Part shown: positions 43,958 through 54,800 of the stretch, piece after piece
Position numbering within the stretch: the first letter of the stretch is position 1
Layout of the letters: every line of letters starts with the position of its first letter
From: a virus
Lineage: Duplodnaviria > Heunggongvirae > Uroviricota > Caudoviricetes
Reading direction: 5' to 3' (one strand)
IMG/VR virus record: IMGVR_UViG_2695420521_000002
Coordinates: 35,400-99,399 of that record
Length of the DNA: 64,000 nucleotides
Notes under the pieces: model-generated
The model's database searches: none
Seen by the model: the letters and a program-made list of their open reading frames with translations, nothing else
Told to the model about the DNA's origin: nothing
Program-made: the position numbers and the translations under genes

Positions 43958-44473
43958 TTAAAATCGGTAACCGACACCAAGCATCCAAATGCTATTGCTT
44001 AGATCACCTGGTTTAGAACGTTCATACGAGAGATCAACTGCAAACTGCGGAGCTGGGTTAAATTGAAGCCCAAGTCCATAAGCAAAATCGGTTCCAAAGC
44101 CAGCATATGACTGTCCATTCAGTTTTGCTGTTGCATCCGCATGGCTTAAACCCACCAAACCGTATGCACTCAGCAATTCATTGAATCTGTATGATGGACC
44201 AAAAGTAAATGAGGCATACTCAACCTTGGCTTTGGCGGCATTCCATAGGTTTGTGTTTGACTTTTCGTAAGTGAGCGAAGCTAATCCACCCCACGTAGGA
44301 TCCATTTCGTAGCGATATTTAATATTCACGCCTTTTGGATCTTTTATATCTCCGCCTTTAATCGTTGCGCTTCCTTGGGCAAAGTCTAAAGAAAGAGTGT
44401 GCTGATATGCGGAGGCAGTCCCAGCAACCCCTAGGGCAACAGCCAGAAGGGTCGTTAAAACTACTTTTTTCAT
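43958..44473 (-). CDS. Ail/Lom/OmpX/PagC-family outer-membrane beta-barrel protein
   Basis: 171 aa; signal peptide; NIKYRYE, GPSYRFNE, YGLGLQFNP, DLSYERS, C-terminal GVGYRF closely parallel E. coli OmpX. Confidence 0.8.
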   Translation of the reverse strand: MKKVVLTTLLAVALGVAGTASAYQHTLSLDFAQGSATIKGGDIKDPKGVNIKYRYEMDPTWGGLASLTYEKSNTNLWNAAKAKVEYASFTFGPSYRFNELLSAYGLVGLSHADATAKLNGQSYAGFGTDFAYGLGLQFNPAPQFAVDLSYERSKPGDLSNSIWMLGVGYRF

Positions 44474-44555
44474 GGAAAACGGTACCTATCAAAACGTTAA
44501 TAATACTGGTGACAAAATAGTGTGCATTGTGCGTTAAATGCACGTAAAGAGTTTA

Positions 44556-45398
44556 TCATCCGCGAAAACCTGTAGGAATATAAAATTCCTTTTCTTTTCG
44601 TGTAGATAGGACCATATTCAGAGCTTCGTTTACCGTCATGCAGTGAGGCAGATTATCGAAGTTTGATACTCCACCAACTTCAGGTGAACGCTTGTTCTTC
44701 AGGTAAGCATATTTCCGCGCTGCCGCCTCTACTTTCTGCTTGAACTCATGTTTTTGAGAGCGTTTTTTGGATAACCGCAGATTGTCAGCCTTTGCTTTTG
44801 CCTTAGCGATCCATGAAGTCAATTTTTTGAGGCTGGTCGTTCCGGCACCGCCGGAAACTGATCTTTTTGTTTTTTTAACTTGTGACTTCTTATTCTTTAT
44901 TGCCACGTCATCCTGACAGGGGGAGGGGGTATCATTTTGACATGGGGGTGTGGATAAAAAATCAAATAAAGCCAATGCCTTAGCGAGAACAGCTTTAACC
45001 TTGGTTGCGGCTGAAGAGATCTTTAATTTGCTTTCAATTAGCGCATTTTTGGCTTGTTGTGCGAAGGCCAAAAAGGATGGGGTAAACCGGTACAGGTTAG
45101 CGCGACGTTCACGGTGATCGCCGATAACAATCTCTACTGACAGGATTCCTTTGTTTACAGCTTCACGGAATGCACGAACGACGGTTGATTGGCTATAACC
45201 AGTTTCTGCCGCGATCAGGCGGTGAGGCTTGTGAATGAAGTATTCACTGGTTGTTGCCGCGAGATTTGCACATTGCGACAGGATATGCCCGGCGCTACGG
45301 GATAGACCGGAGTGTGTTACAAAGCAGGCCAATTCATAGCCAGAAAAAGTAAAATCGCTCATCGTTATACAGCTCAGGAAAGTGACTTTAGCCAGCAT
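44556..45398 (-). CDS. repL: lytic replication initiator RepL-like protein
   Basis: 280-aa ORF immediately downstream of kilA under the same operator; size and position as in P1. Confidence 0.65.
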   Translation of the reverse strand: MLAKVTFLSCITMSDFTFSGYELACFVTHSGLSRSAGHILSQCANLAATTSEYFIHKPHRLIAAETGYSQSTVVRAFREAVNKGILSVEIVIGDHRERRANLYRFTPSFLAFAQQAKNALIESKLKISSAATKVKAVLAKALALFDFLSTPPCQNDTPSPCQDDVAIKNKKSQVKKTKRSVSGGAGTTSLKKLTSWIAKAKAKADNLRLSKKRSQKHEFKQKVEAAARKYAYLKNKRSPEVGGVSNFDNLPHCMTVNEALNMVLSTRKEKEFYIPTGFRG

Positions 45399-45427
45399 TA
45401 CAATGCTGGTGGTTCTTACTACGTCTG

Positions 45428-46228
45428 TTAGCGCGTTGCCGCGACAGGTACCAGCACACCAGCATCAAGCAATCGCTTCATCAGCCACTGCTGACCTTTG
45501 CCGGTTATACGAGTCGTGAAAGAAATCCTGCTTCCATTGCTTGTATCGATCACGGTTTCTTTAAGGGTGAAATACCCACGGGATATGTATTCTTGTTTGG
45601 GGACGTTCCTGCGTTCACCGGTTGCGATCAGAATTCCGTTATCACGCAACCAGGTGAAGAGATAGTTTTGGCCCAGGCCGAGCACTTTGGCATAGTTGCC
45701 GATTAGAACCCCGCTGGCGGTAGCAACGCGTTCGGCGAATTCGACTTTAGGTGCATCCATAAGCATTTTTTGCTCCAGCCGTTGCTTTTGCTCTGCCAGG
45801 TCGGCAGCCAAACGGAGAGCTTCAGGGAGACTCTGCGGAATAGCTGGTTGTAATCTTCCGGCTCGATAGTCGATAAATGTCTGGTTTACCTTCAGCCGAA
45901 ACGCGGGAGAAATCCAGCCTGCGTACTCCACAGCGAGCAATTCATGGGCAAAAGTGCCGCCGCCACGGCCTTCGAACGAAACTATGCAATTCTGCATAGT
46001 TTCTTTTTCAAGCTCTTCGATGAGCTGTTTGGCTGACAGCGTTCTTAGCCATTGAGCTGGCGCTTTATGGGTACCGAGTCCGCTTGCTCTGTGTAGAGCA
46101 TTAAGGTTGTAACGGCCAGCGCGGTCGGTCGTAATTTCAACACCACAAATAACAGGCAGAGTGGTTGAAGGATCGACATTTTGATGAAGGTTTGATATAT
46201 TCATATCTGCATTGAGTGTTTGTTGCAT
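45428..46228 (-). CDS. kilA: KilA protein (KilA-N domain plus antirepressor-type C-terminal domain)
   Basis: 266-aa ORF; C-terminal half homologous to C-terminal part of adjacent ant. Confidence 0.75.
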   Translation of the reverse strand: MQQTLNADMNISNLHQNVDPSTTLPVICGVEITTDRAGRYNLNALHRASGLGTHKAPAQWLRTLSAKQLIEELEKETMQNCIVSFEGRGGGTFAHELLAVEYAGWISPAFRLKVNQTFIDYRAGRLQPAIPQSLPEALRLAADLAEQKQRLEQKMLMDAPKVEFAERVATASGVLIGNYAKVLGLGQNYLFTWLRDNGILIATGERRNVPKQEYISRGYFTLKETVIDTSNGSRISFTTRITGKGQQWLMKRLLDAGVLVPVAATR

Positions 46229-46297
46229 TTTTTCTCCAAATTTGCATCAACCTTCAATCACCAGCTCGAAATGGTGATTCTTTGCACTTAGAAAACG

Positions 46298-46315
46298 AAA
46301 TTTATTAGAGCAAAT
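46298..46315 (-). promoter_or_regulatory. C1 operator-like site upstream of kilA-repL (Op53-like)
   Basis: Plus strand AAATTTATTAGAGCAAAT. Confidence 0.65.
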
Positions 46316-46392
46316 TTTTCTAGCTCGATCCAGATCGGGTTGGTCGATCTGCTCAGAAACCTGCCAGTTTGCTGGCAGGTTTTTTTCTTTTG

Positions 46393-47427
46393 TTAACCTA
46401 TTGCTACTGGTTTTAACAAACCAGCATCAAGTAGCTTGCGAGTTAACCACTGCTGGCCTTTACCCGTTAATTGGGGCGTCAGCCGTATCTGATAGCCATT
46501 TTCATCATCCAGCACCACTTCTTTCACCGTGAAATACCCGGCGTTAATGTACTGCTGGCGCGGTACGTTTTTGCGCGCACCAAAAGCCATGAGAATGCCG
46601 TTCTGGCGCAACCATGAGAAAAGGGCGTTTTGCTTAAGTCCAACGACCTTTGCAAAGTTCCCGATCAGGATTCCATTAGCCACTGATACCCGGTCGGCAA
46701 AATCGACTTTAGGGGCAGCGGCCACCAGCTGTTGTTCCAGCTGCATTTTCTGTTCTGCCAACTCGGCAGCCAGGCGTAGAGCTTCTGGTAATGTTTGGGG
46801 GATCTATGGGGTAGGGGAGTTTGCCTGCTGCAATTCTTCCAGTTTGTCGATCAGCGAACGGCGGACCGCTTTTGACTCGCGCGCGGCAACTCGCAGAGCT
46901 TGTTTGTAGGTCATGGTTATAATATCTATTTCTGCGCCGTTTTTTTGACCTACGAAAATTTCGTAGGTTTCTCCTTCAAGCTCATCCTTAACTCTGGCAA
47001 TGAAATCATTGTTGCGAACTGGTTTTTCGCTACATAATTTCCGTGCCTCATTGACCATCTTCAACAATGTTTGGCTGTCGATTGTGTCTCCGGTGTTGGG
47101 GATGACATTCAGGGCTGGTGCTGGCGTAGCTGAAGCAACAGGTGCTGGTTTTTCAACATTTAAATTATTACCGGTCATTCTATGTGCCTCCTTTCTCATT
47201 TCTGCTGCCACTGTTGCGTAACGTAGACGTCCTTGTTCAATCAAATAATCCCTGATCTCGGCTATCAGTAGCCTGTTGATCACAGCCTTATCTGTTCGGG
47301 TATAAAAACGTCTGGTTATCATGAAATAGTTGGCAATTGCGCCGGGGATCTCCCGTGTCGGCATACAGGTTGTATGCAAAGCGATCGCTTCGGCTATTTC
47401 ATTACGGGTGACGAGAGGTGTTTTCAT
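46393..47427 (-). pseudogene. ant: antirepressor gene ant interrupted by a single in-frame TAG (amber) codon at 46804-46806
   Basis: ORFs 46804-47427 (207 aa) and 46393-46761 share one frame; homology to KilA C-terminal domain continues across the stop (...ANSPTP*IPQTLPEALRLAAELAEQK...). Confidence 0.65.
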
Positions 47428-47645
47428 AAACCCCCCTGAACGTTGGCAGAGAAGGGGAGGCTCCAGTAACTAAGTGAATTGCGCGAGTTAGTTGAAAAAC
47501 GGGCAGTAAAAATGCAGGGGCCATCAGGCAATTGAGAGCGTGCTTCGTCTTCTGTTGCTGCGATAACGAAGTGATAGTGGTGTTTTTTACAGGAATAGAA
47601 ACGCCAGATGAATTCTTGGCGTGCGCAAGGATTGGCATTAACCAT
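47424..47645 (-). CDS. icd: Icd (interference with cell division), translationally coupled to ant
   Basis: 73-aa ORF; stop TGA overlaps ant start ATG (ATGA); SD GAGG overlaps predicted c4 target. Confidence 0.7.
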   Translation of the reverse strand: MVNANPCARQEFIWRFYSCKKHHYHFVIAATEDEARSQLPDGPCIFTARFSTNSRNSLSYWSLPFSANVQGGL

Positions 47646-47699
47646 AGTTACGGCCTCACAATCAGGTTTAACAACCTGCTACCCGCTGCTAAACAGGTG

Positions 47700-47780
47700 G
47701 CAGGACGTGACGGGGTTAGCAGACTGGCGATTGTGAAACCAGCAGGCCGAAGCCTCCCCATCACGCCCCACCATAATTTG
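47700..47780 (-). ncRNA. c4: c4 antisense repressor RNA (approximate bounds)
   Basis: Transcript segment carrying CACAATC and CTGCTAACC, complementary to upstream GGTTTAGCAG/GATTGTG and to downstream TGTTTAGCAG/GATTGTGAGG at the icd SD. Confidence 0.5.
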
Positions 47781-47958
47781 GGCGTAACGCGGTTTTATGG
47801 ACACAAAAATACCGCAATATCGGATATCTGCGGCTGTCCGCACAATCATTCAGGCTGCTAAACCCGGTCGCAGAATTTGCTACGACGGCGGAACTATAAG
47901 CCTGAACGATTAAAAGGTCAATATGATGCGAAAAGATAGCATTCGCGACTTAAAAATA

Positions 47959-47975
47959 CAAATTTATTAGAGCAT
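47959..47975 (-). promoter_or_regulatory. C1 operator-like site (16/17) at immI promoter (Op51-like)
   Basis: Plus strand AAATTTATTAGAGCATT. Confidence 0.65.
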
Positions 47976-48072
47976 TAATTGTATAATAAATACATAAATG
48001 GATCTAATAACCTCTTTTTTTTAAAGGCGAAAATATGTACCCTAAATGGGTTATAAGGCAGGTGAGGTTATA

Positions 48073-48711
48073 ATGAGAAAACTATTACTACCGTTATTAT
48101 TTATGGCTGGGACTGTTAATGCAGCATCAAGTGTAAAGGAGATTTGTACCGACTACACGAAATACCTTGGGCACGTTTACGGTTTCACTGTCAGTCAAGA
48201 CGGCAAGATGAAAAAAGCTCTCCAGAATGATATGACGCGCTTAAGTTTGTCTGAAGCAATGGTTCAGCAAGAAATATATAAGGTTGCGACAGATGATGCT
48301 GCAAAAATGTATTATTCGAAATTTCTTAATCCTAATCTTAATGAATATAACCGTTCGGCTTTTAATCAGATGGTAGCGTATTGTGAAACTGCACCAGATA
48401 TGATGATTCCTAGTTGGGCTGTATTAGTGGCTAATGGAAAAATTCGCAAAGAAGACCAAGGAAAATCTTTAAGTAGCTATATAAATAGCGAACAATTTCT
48501 GAATGCGCGTGGCATGCGCACTCAAAATACTCAAGGTGCGCTTGAGCGGAGGGCTTTAGGGAGTGCTGATGCAAATGATACTGATAATTTGACCCCAGGA
48601 ATAAAAAAATGTGTTGAAACTAAGTTAGCTCTAATGAAACGGGACAGCCCTAACATTCCTGTTTCACAACTTACCGCTACGGCAACTAGTCTCTGCAAAG
48701 ACGGGCTTTAA
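48073..48711 (+). CDS. secreted/periplasmic hypothetical protein (candidate superinfection-exclusion Sim-like factor)
   Basis: About 212 aa from ATG 48073; signal peptide MRKLLLPLLFMAGTVNA; AT-rich gene next to immI. Confidence 0.45.
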   Translation: MRKLLLPLLFMAGTVNAASSVKEICTDYTKYLGHVYGFTVSQDGKMKKALQNDMTRLSLSEAMVQQEIYKVATDDAAKMYYSKFLNPNLNEYNRSAFNQMVAYCETAPDMMIPSWAVLVANGKIRKEDQGKSLSSYINSEQFLNARGMRTQNTQGALERRALGSADANDTDNLTPGIKKCVETKLALMKRDSPNIPVSQLTATATSLCKDGL

Positions 48712-48740
48712 ATGTAAAGATATTCGAAGGATAGTGATAA

Positions 48741-49523
48741 GTGAAAAAATTAATGTTTAAACTATTGTTGCCGTTTGCTTTTGTTAGCAGCTATTCATTT
48801 GCAAATTCAATAGCTATTCCTAATGAGTATTCTGTTTCCGAGAAGGACTATAATTTAGTCAGAAACTATATGGTATCTGCTTCGCTTGCATATACTATGA
48901 ATACGAAAGCTACTGTTTTTAGCTTGCCATCAGATATTGTTGATTCATTCAAGAAAAATGAAATAGCAGCCTTAGATGAATGGAGTCAAACTTCTAGAAT
49001 TTGGGGTAAGATCGAAAGAATAACATTGTCTAATGGGTATCCTGTTATTGAGCTTGTAAGCCCAGGACAAGCAAAATCGTCTTTGAACTATATAAGATTA
49101 GAAGATACGACTGGCAACAGTCACATAGTAAAAGAACTAACAAAAGAACAAGAAATTTATTCATTATGTTCTGGTGTTAAATTTAGACAAATTCCCACAT
49201 TTCAGTATTGCTCATTCTATCTTAATCCTATTGAAGCAAATCTGGAATATGTTGGTAACTATTTCATTCCTCAATATAAAGATAATTTAATAAAGACAGT
49301 AGCCGAGAATAGAACGCTACCGATTGGCGCGTTGACAACAAGATTTATCGGGTACATTATGCTTGTTGGTATTTCTAAAAATAAAAACGATATGGAAAAA
49401 ATAAATTCGTGCACTCCATGGAAGAAAGAATGCAAATCGTATTATGAGTCAATAATAGTAAATGCAACAAAATACTATGCCGATAATGCGAAAGGCTTGG
49501 CTGATTATCTTGAAAAGCTTTAA
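48741..49523 (+). CDS. secreted/periplasmic hypothetical protein (candidate Sim-like factor)
   Basis: 260 aa; signal peptide MKKLMFKLLLPFAFVSSYSFA; AT-rich. Confidence 0.45.
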   Translation: MKKLMFKLLLPFAFVSSYSFANSIAIPNEYSVSEKDYNLVRNYMVSASLAYTMNTKATVFSLPSDIVDSFKKNEIAALDEWSQTSRIWGKIERITLSNGYPVIELVSPGQAKSSLNYIRLEDTTGNSHIVKELTKEQEIYSLCSGVKFRQIPTFQYCSFYLNPIEANLEYVGNYFIPQYKDNLIKTVAENRTLPIGALTTRFIGYIMLVGISKNKNDMEKINSCTPWKKECKSYYESIIVNATKYYADNAKGLADYLEKL

Positions 49524-49557
49524 TGCAACATAATATATCTCAAGTCATATACAGAAT

Positions 49558-49590
49558 GCGCCCGTTTGTGGGCGCTGTAGTTATTTTATC
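49558..49590 (+). terminator. terminator-like hairpin after secreted-protein gene pair
   Basis: GCGCCC-GTTTGT-GGGCGC followed by T-rich TGTAGTTATTTTATC. Confidence 0.45.
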
Positions 49591-49613
49591 TAATGGCAAT
49601 ATTGTTACACGAT

Positions 49614-50234
<621 letters not shown>

Positions 50235-50244
50235 GAGGGCTGAT

Positions 50245-50856
50245 ATGGGGTTTAATGTTGCTTCAGTAAAGTCTTATGTATCTTCGGCATTAACGACGAC
50301 ATTATTTGGCTCCGGCGTTGGTGAACGGGAAGTTGGTAAGCTGACGTCAGTCATCATGAACAAAATGCTGTTTGCGCAAGGATGGCAGTTCTCTGTCGAA
50401 GTTGATGGACTGGAGGGGGCAGACTTCTTTGCCAAAGATATTACCTACCACGATTACAGCATCGAATATGAAACGATTAAAATCGGCGGAGGGAATATCC
50501 TTCAACCAACGGAGCGTTCGCCTGGGCAGATAACAATGATGGTCAGGGATACCGTTGATGGCCTCGTTTTGGACTGGTTTAAGACGGCAAAAAGTCGGGT
50601 GATCAATCCGGACGGTACCGGGAATATACCGTCTAAATATTTGCTCAATGTGCGTATTTATCGGTTGCTGTCTTCCGGCTTAACCAAACTGGAAAATGAG
50701 ATGACGGTATTCCCGGTCACTACCGGCGATATCACCTATGCGCGAGATCAGGTTACTGAATTTAAGTCATTCCCAATGACCTTCGCATTGCACAGCACGT
50801 TTAACCAATCCTCAAGTTCTTTGGCTTCCCTTCTGGGCTTTAGTTTTTCTCTTTGA
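50245..50856 (+). CDS. tail-module structural protein (possible tube-type protein)
   Basis: 203-aa ORF, tight spacing in operon upstream of tape measure. Confidence 0.4.
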   Translation: MGFNVASVKSYVSSALTTTLFGSGVGEREVGKLTSVIMNKMLFAQGWQFSVEVDGLEGADFFAKDITYHDYSIEYETIKIGGGNILQPTERSPGQITMMVRDTVDGLVLDWFKTAKSRVINPDGTGNIPSKYLLNVRIYRLLSSGLTKLENEMTVFPVTTGDITYARDQVTEFKSFPMTFALHSTFNQSSSSLASLLGFSFSL

Positions 50857-50870
50857 ATTAAGGAGCAAGG

Positions 50871-51752
50871 ATGCTTTTACCCCTTTTCCCGTTACCATCG
50901 CGGCCAACTGAATTGATCCAGTTTCGTCAGCCAAATATTGCTGATGCGATGCGTTTCAACTCGATAACACCGGAGGAACAAGAACAACAGACAACGGCGT
51001 ATTTAAAAGCCTTGCTGGCTGAACCCGCGAAACATGATCCACTGACATGGACGGCGCAGGACCGGATTACCGCGTTATGGTGGATATTTACCGGCTCCCG
51101 TGAAACACCGGTCGAGACATTCACCTACACCTGTAAACATTGCGGTAAAGAGCATTATTACGATTGCGATATGAATGCCCTGGCTGAAGATATCCAGGTC
51201 CTGGAAGTGGAACCGTTCATTGACGATATTGAGGTGTCTGTAGAGGGAGTGCCTTATCAATGGCGTATCGTGCCGCTTGATGGTTGGGCAATGGAAATGC
51301 TGGAGATGCGCCGTGCAGCATTGCCACCTGAAGACGACGCGGAATTCAAAGAAGCGATCGTTGATTTGCGTTTTTGGGAATTCGCTTATCAGTGTGAGCT
51401 TTATAACGATGTTAGCGGTACTCGTGAAGATCAGGCTGAGCGTCGTTATGAAACGATTAAACGGATGGCCATTGATACTGAATTTATGAAGCTGGCGGCA
51501 CACATCCGACTGGCTCATGAAAAGCTCGTACATGGTTTGCCGTGCTACATCGATAAAGGTGAAATGCGTCTTCGTCTCCCGCCGCATAAATGCCCAAATC
51601 AGGATAAAAAGGAGTCCACAGAGGGTGCATATACCCGTCTGTGGGTGCCCTTTCGGGCTACCGACTTCATTCCACAGGTGGGGATTGAAAAGCTATCAGA
51701 CCTTAGTGTCCAACCTGGTTTTGTATGGGGGTATACCGATTCAGGACGCTGA
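50871..51752 (+). CDS. tail-module hypothetical protein
   Basis: 293-aa ORF immediately upstream of sit. Confidence 0.4.
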   Translation: MLLPLFPLPSRPTELIQFRQPNIADAMRFNSITPEEQEQQTTAYLKALLAEPAKHDPLTWTAQDRITALWWIFTGSRETPVETFTYTCKHCGKEHYYDCDMNALAEDIQVLEVEPFIDDIEVSVEGVPYQWRIVPLDGWAMEMLEMRRAALPPEDDAEFKEAIVDLRFWEFAYQCELYNDVSGTREDQAERRYETIKRMAIDTEFMKLAAHIRLAHEKLVHGLPCYIDKGEMRLRLPPHKCPNQDKKESTEGAYTRLWVPFRATDFIPQVGIEKLSDLSVQPGFVWGYTDSGR

Positions 51753-51833
51753 AAGGCTTACTGAATCCTATGCGTTTTTCCTGTTGGAGAAACTGGAAGA
51801 AAAACTTAAACCGAAACGGTAGGCGATAAGATC

Positions 51834-54800
51834 ATGGAAAGAAAAAACGCCAACATTGACGATGTTATAAGGACAGTTGAAACCGCCAGCGCAAAAGAGC
51901 TGGAAGAGCTTGCAGGTATCCGGGAAGCTGTTGAAGATTTGAAAGGGGGACGCGTTGCAACTGTTGATCCTGTCTCTCGCAGCGTGTCGGCATTAAATCG
52001 CACAATCGAAAATTCCCGGCCTGACTTTGTGGCCAAAGCGCCATCCGTAGACCCTATTGTTGACGCAATGAAACGGCTTAATTTAGGGGACGTTTCTCGT
52101 GTAGTTCAGGAAGATGTTGCTCAACAGGAACAGCGGGCCAAATCAACCACACCAAAGGGAAAAAAACGACGCAGGAAGGCTATACCAGAGGATGTAAAGG
52201 CACAACGGACCGAAGCAGCCGAACACGCTCGCGAAATGTTCGGTCAAAAAGGCGGTGCGCAAAAAAGCCAAAACCAACGCGATGCGCGTGGTCGTTTTAT
52301 TGGGAAGTCAGGGAGTAAGGCCGCAGCGGAAGATGCCCGTGCTGAACGTGCTGAAAAAGCCAGGCGCAAAGAGGATGATGAGCGTCTAAATGCTGAATCG
52401 GGTTTATTAAAAAAACTGTCAAAAGTAGCTGAAGGCATAGGTAACCCTTCAGAGACTCGTGCCGTCGATGCTTTAGGTTATGCCGTTGCTGGTCCATTGT
52501 GGGCAGCAGGAAAGGAGCTTGGCGGAATATCAAAAGAAGTTGGCGGTTCGCTTAATGGTGCCAGAAAGTCAATTGCCGATGTGATTCGTGGCAATGACGA
52601 TAACAGCCGTAGAAAAGGTTTTTTTAGGCGTAAATCGCAAAGTAGTGCCGATGTCGTTCAGGTTAACACCCAAAAACGGACGGTTCAGGAACTTCAGGAT
52701 CAGACCAGCGAAATTAAAGAAGGCAATGACAAGATTCTCAGCGCCCTTGATCAGATAGCCAAAAACACCGGGAAAAAGAAGGGCGGCTTGCTGTCCAAAT
52801 TATTTAGCCTGTTAGGGAAGGGGGCCGGTGGTATTGCTTCCCTTATTTTTGGCCGTGGGGCACTAAAGAAAGTTGGCTCGATGGCACTAGGCGCTTTAGG
52901 TATAAAAAAAGTTGCAAGCTTATTGGGCTTTGGTGGGAAAAAAGCTGCTGCCAAAGAAGCTGGCGAATTGGCTACTCGCGGTGCCGGAAAACTTGCAACT
53001 AAGGGATTGGGGAAACTAGGTGTTAAGGCTCTTGCAAAGGGGGCTTTACGCGCAATTCCGCTAGTCGGCACGGTGGCTGGAGGTATCTATGATGCGGTAA
53101 CCGGTTGGAATGATACAGAAGCACAACGTCGGACCTTTGGGCTTAAGGATGGGGAAGATCCATCTTTTCAGCAAAAAGCGGCTTATACACTGGCTAACGT
53201 TCTCGATATGGGAGGACTGGTATCTGGTATTAGCAGTGCCATTGGTGGCGTTCTCAAATCACTTGGATTTGAGGATATCGGCAATATGTTGCAATCATTT
53301 TCGACGGAAAGTATTGCACAGGCCATTGATAGTGGGATTACCAATTTAGAAACATACATTTCTAACCTTGGTGACACCATATCCACAACATTCAACGATT
53401 ACACAGCCAAGATTGGCGATGCTATTTCAGCTTGGTTCAGTGACACAACCAAGAGTCTGAACGAAAAATTAGACGCCATCAAAGACTTCTTTACTGTCGA
53501 TAACCTGAAAAAGGTTTTCAGTGATTCAATTGATAGTGCAATTGATTTCATTAAGAACCCTGGGAAATACATTAAAGAGGCTGGCAGTAATTTATGGCAT
53601 ACCGTAAAAGAACATGCGGGCGAGGCAATGGATAAGACAGCAGATGCTGTTATTCAGAGTACCCCTCTTGGCTTAGTTGCATCAACATTAGTCAATAAAG
53701 CGAATGCGAAAGAGGTCACGCCTGAATTAAAAACACCTGCTAAAGAAAGTCAGGAGAGGAATACTCCTAAGTCTGAAGATATCCCTAAAAAGGCTAATAT
53801 TGTCACTCGTGTTGTAAATGCATCCCTGGATACGGCTCAGAATGGCAATAAAATAGTTAAAGAGACAGCCAATCAGATTATCAATGCAAATGCCGTAGAA
53901 ACAGGAAATAAAGCGGCACAAACAATTGATGCTGCTTTGGGCCAGTCTGCTACAGGCAAGGAGGAAGCATTAAGTGCATATGAGATAGATAAACGTCGAT
54001 TTAACAACGGCAAGGATGTTTCTTTGCCAAAATTAAATGCTGCCGGATACCAATGGATTTCTGACAATGCCGATTATTTTGATGAGCTTGAACGTAAGTA
54101 TGGGCTTGAAAAAGGGATTCTGTCAGCAGTTGCATCCGCAGAGTCTAGTGCTGGCCAGAGAACTGGAAATCCAGTAGACAAAAACGGAAACAAACTTTCA
54201 TCTGCCCTTGGGGCTTTTCAGATCACTAAAGGTACAAGGGAGGATCTTGGACTCAGCGATGCTGATGCCATGGATACACGAAAAGCAGCTGATGGTGCCG
54301 CCAGATACCTAAGTATGCTGATGAACCGTTATAACGGTGATCAGGGGCGTGCAATAGCTGCCTATCATGCTGGTATGGGGCATGTTGATAAGGGGAGAGT
54401 AGTCGCCGGTACCGGCGAATATGTGACTCGTGTCAGAGGGTATCAGCAGATGCTCAATAATGGTGCCGTTTATGGCTCTAAGGTAGATCATAGCGCACCA
54501 GCAATTTACGAAAAGATACCTGATAACGCCGTTATCGATCAGTCTACTGGTCTGGCGTTTACCCCTGGTGATAGCCCGTTTGAGAAAGGCGGTCTGGTAG
54601 ACAAAATCGGCAATGCTGTTGGCGTTAACGATCTGGTCAACAAATTCATGAATGGCCGGGGGATGCGTCGGGAAGTCGTCCAGGGAACCCTCGAAGAACG
54701 TGCACGAGGAAGGGGAACCGCAACGGCAGCTGGCAATGTGTATGTTGACACACCTATGCCAGTTGAAGAGGCACGTCCGGTGGCCAACAACTCAAGTTAC

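Noticed and set aside
48631-48647. C1 operator-like 12/17 match inside the first secreted-protein gene (a similar one at 57062-57078)
   Set aside because: Both are inside coding sequence with too many mismatches or an indel; likely chance matches in AT-rich DNA
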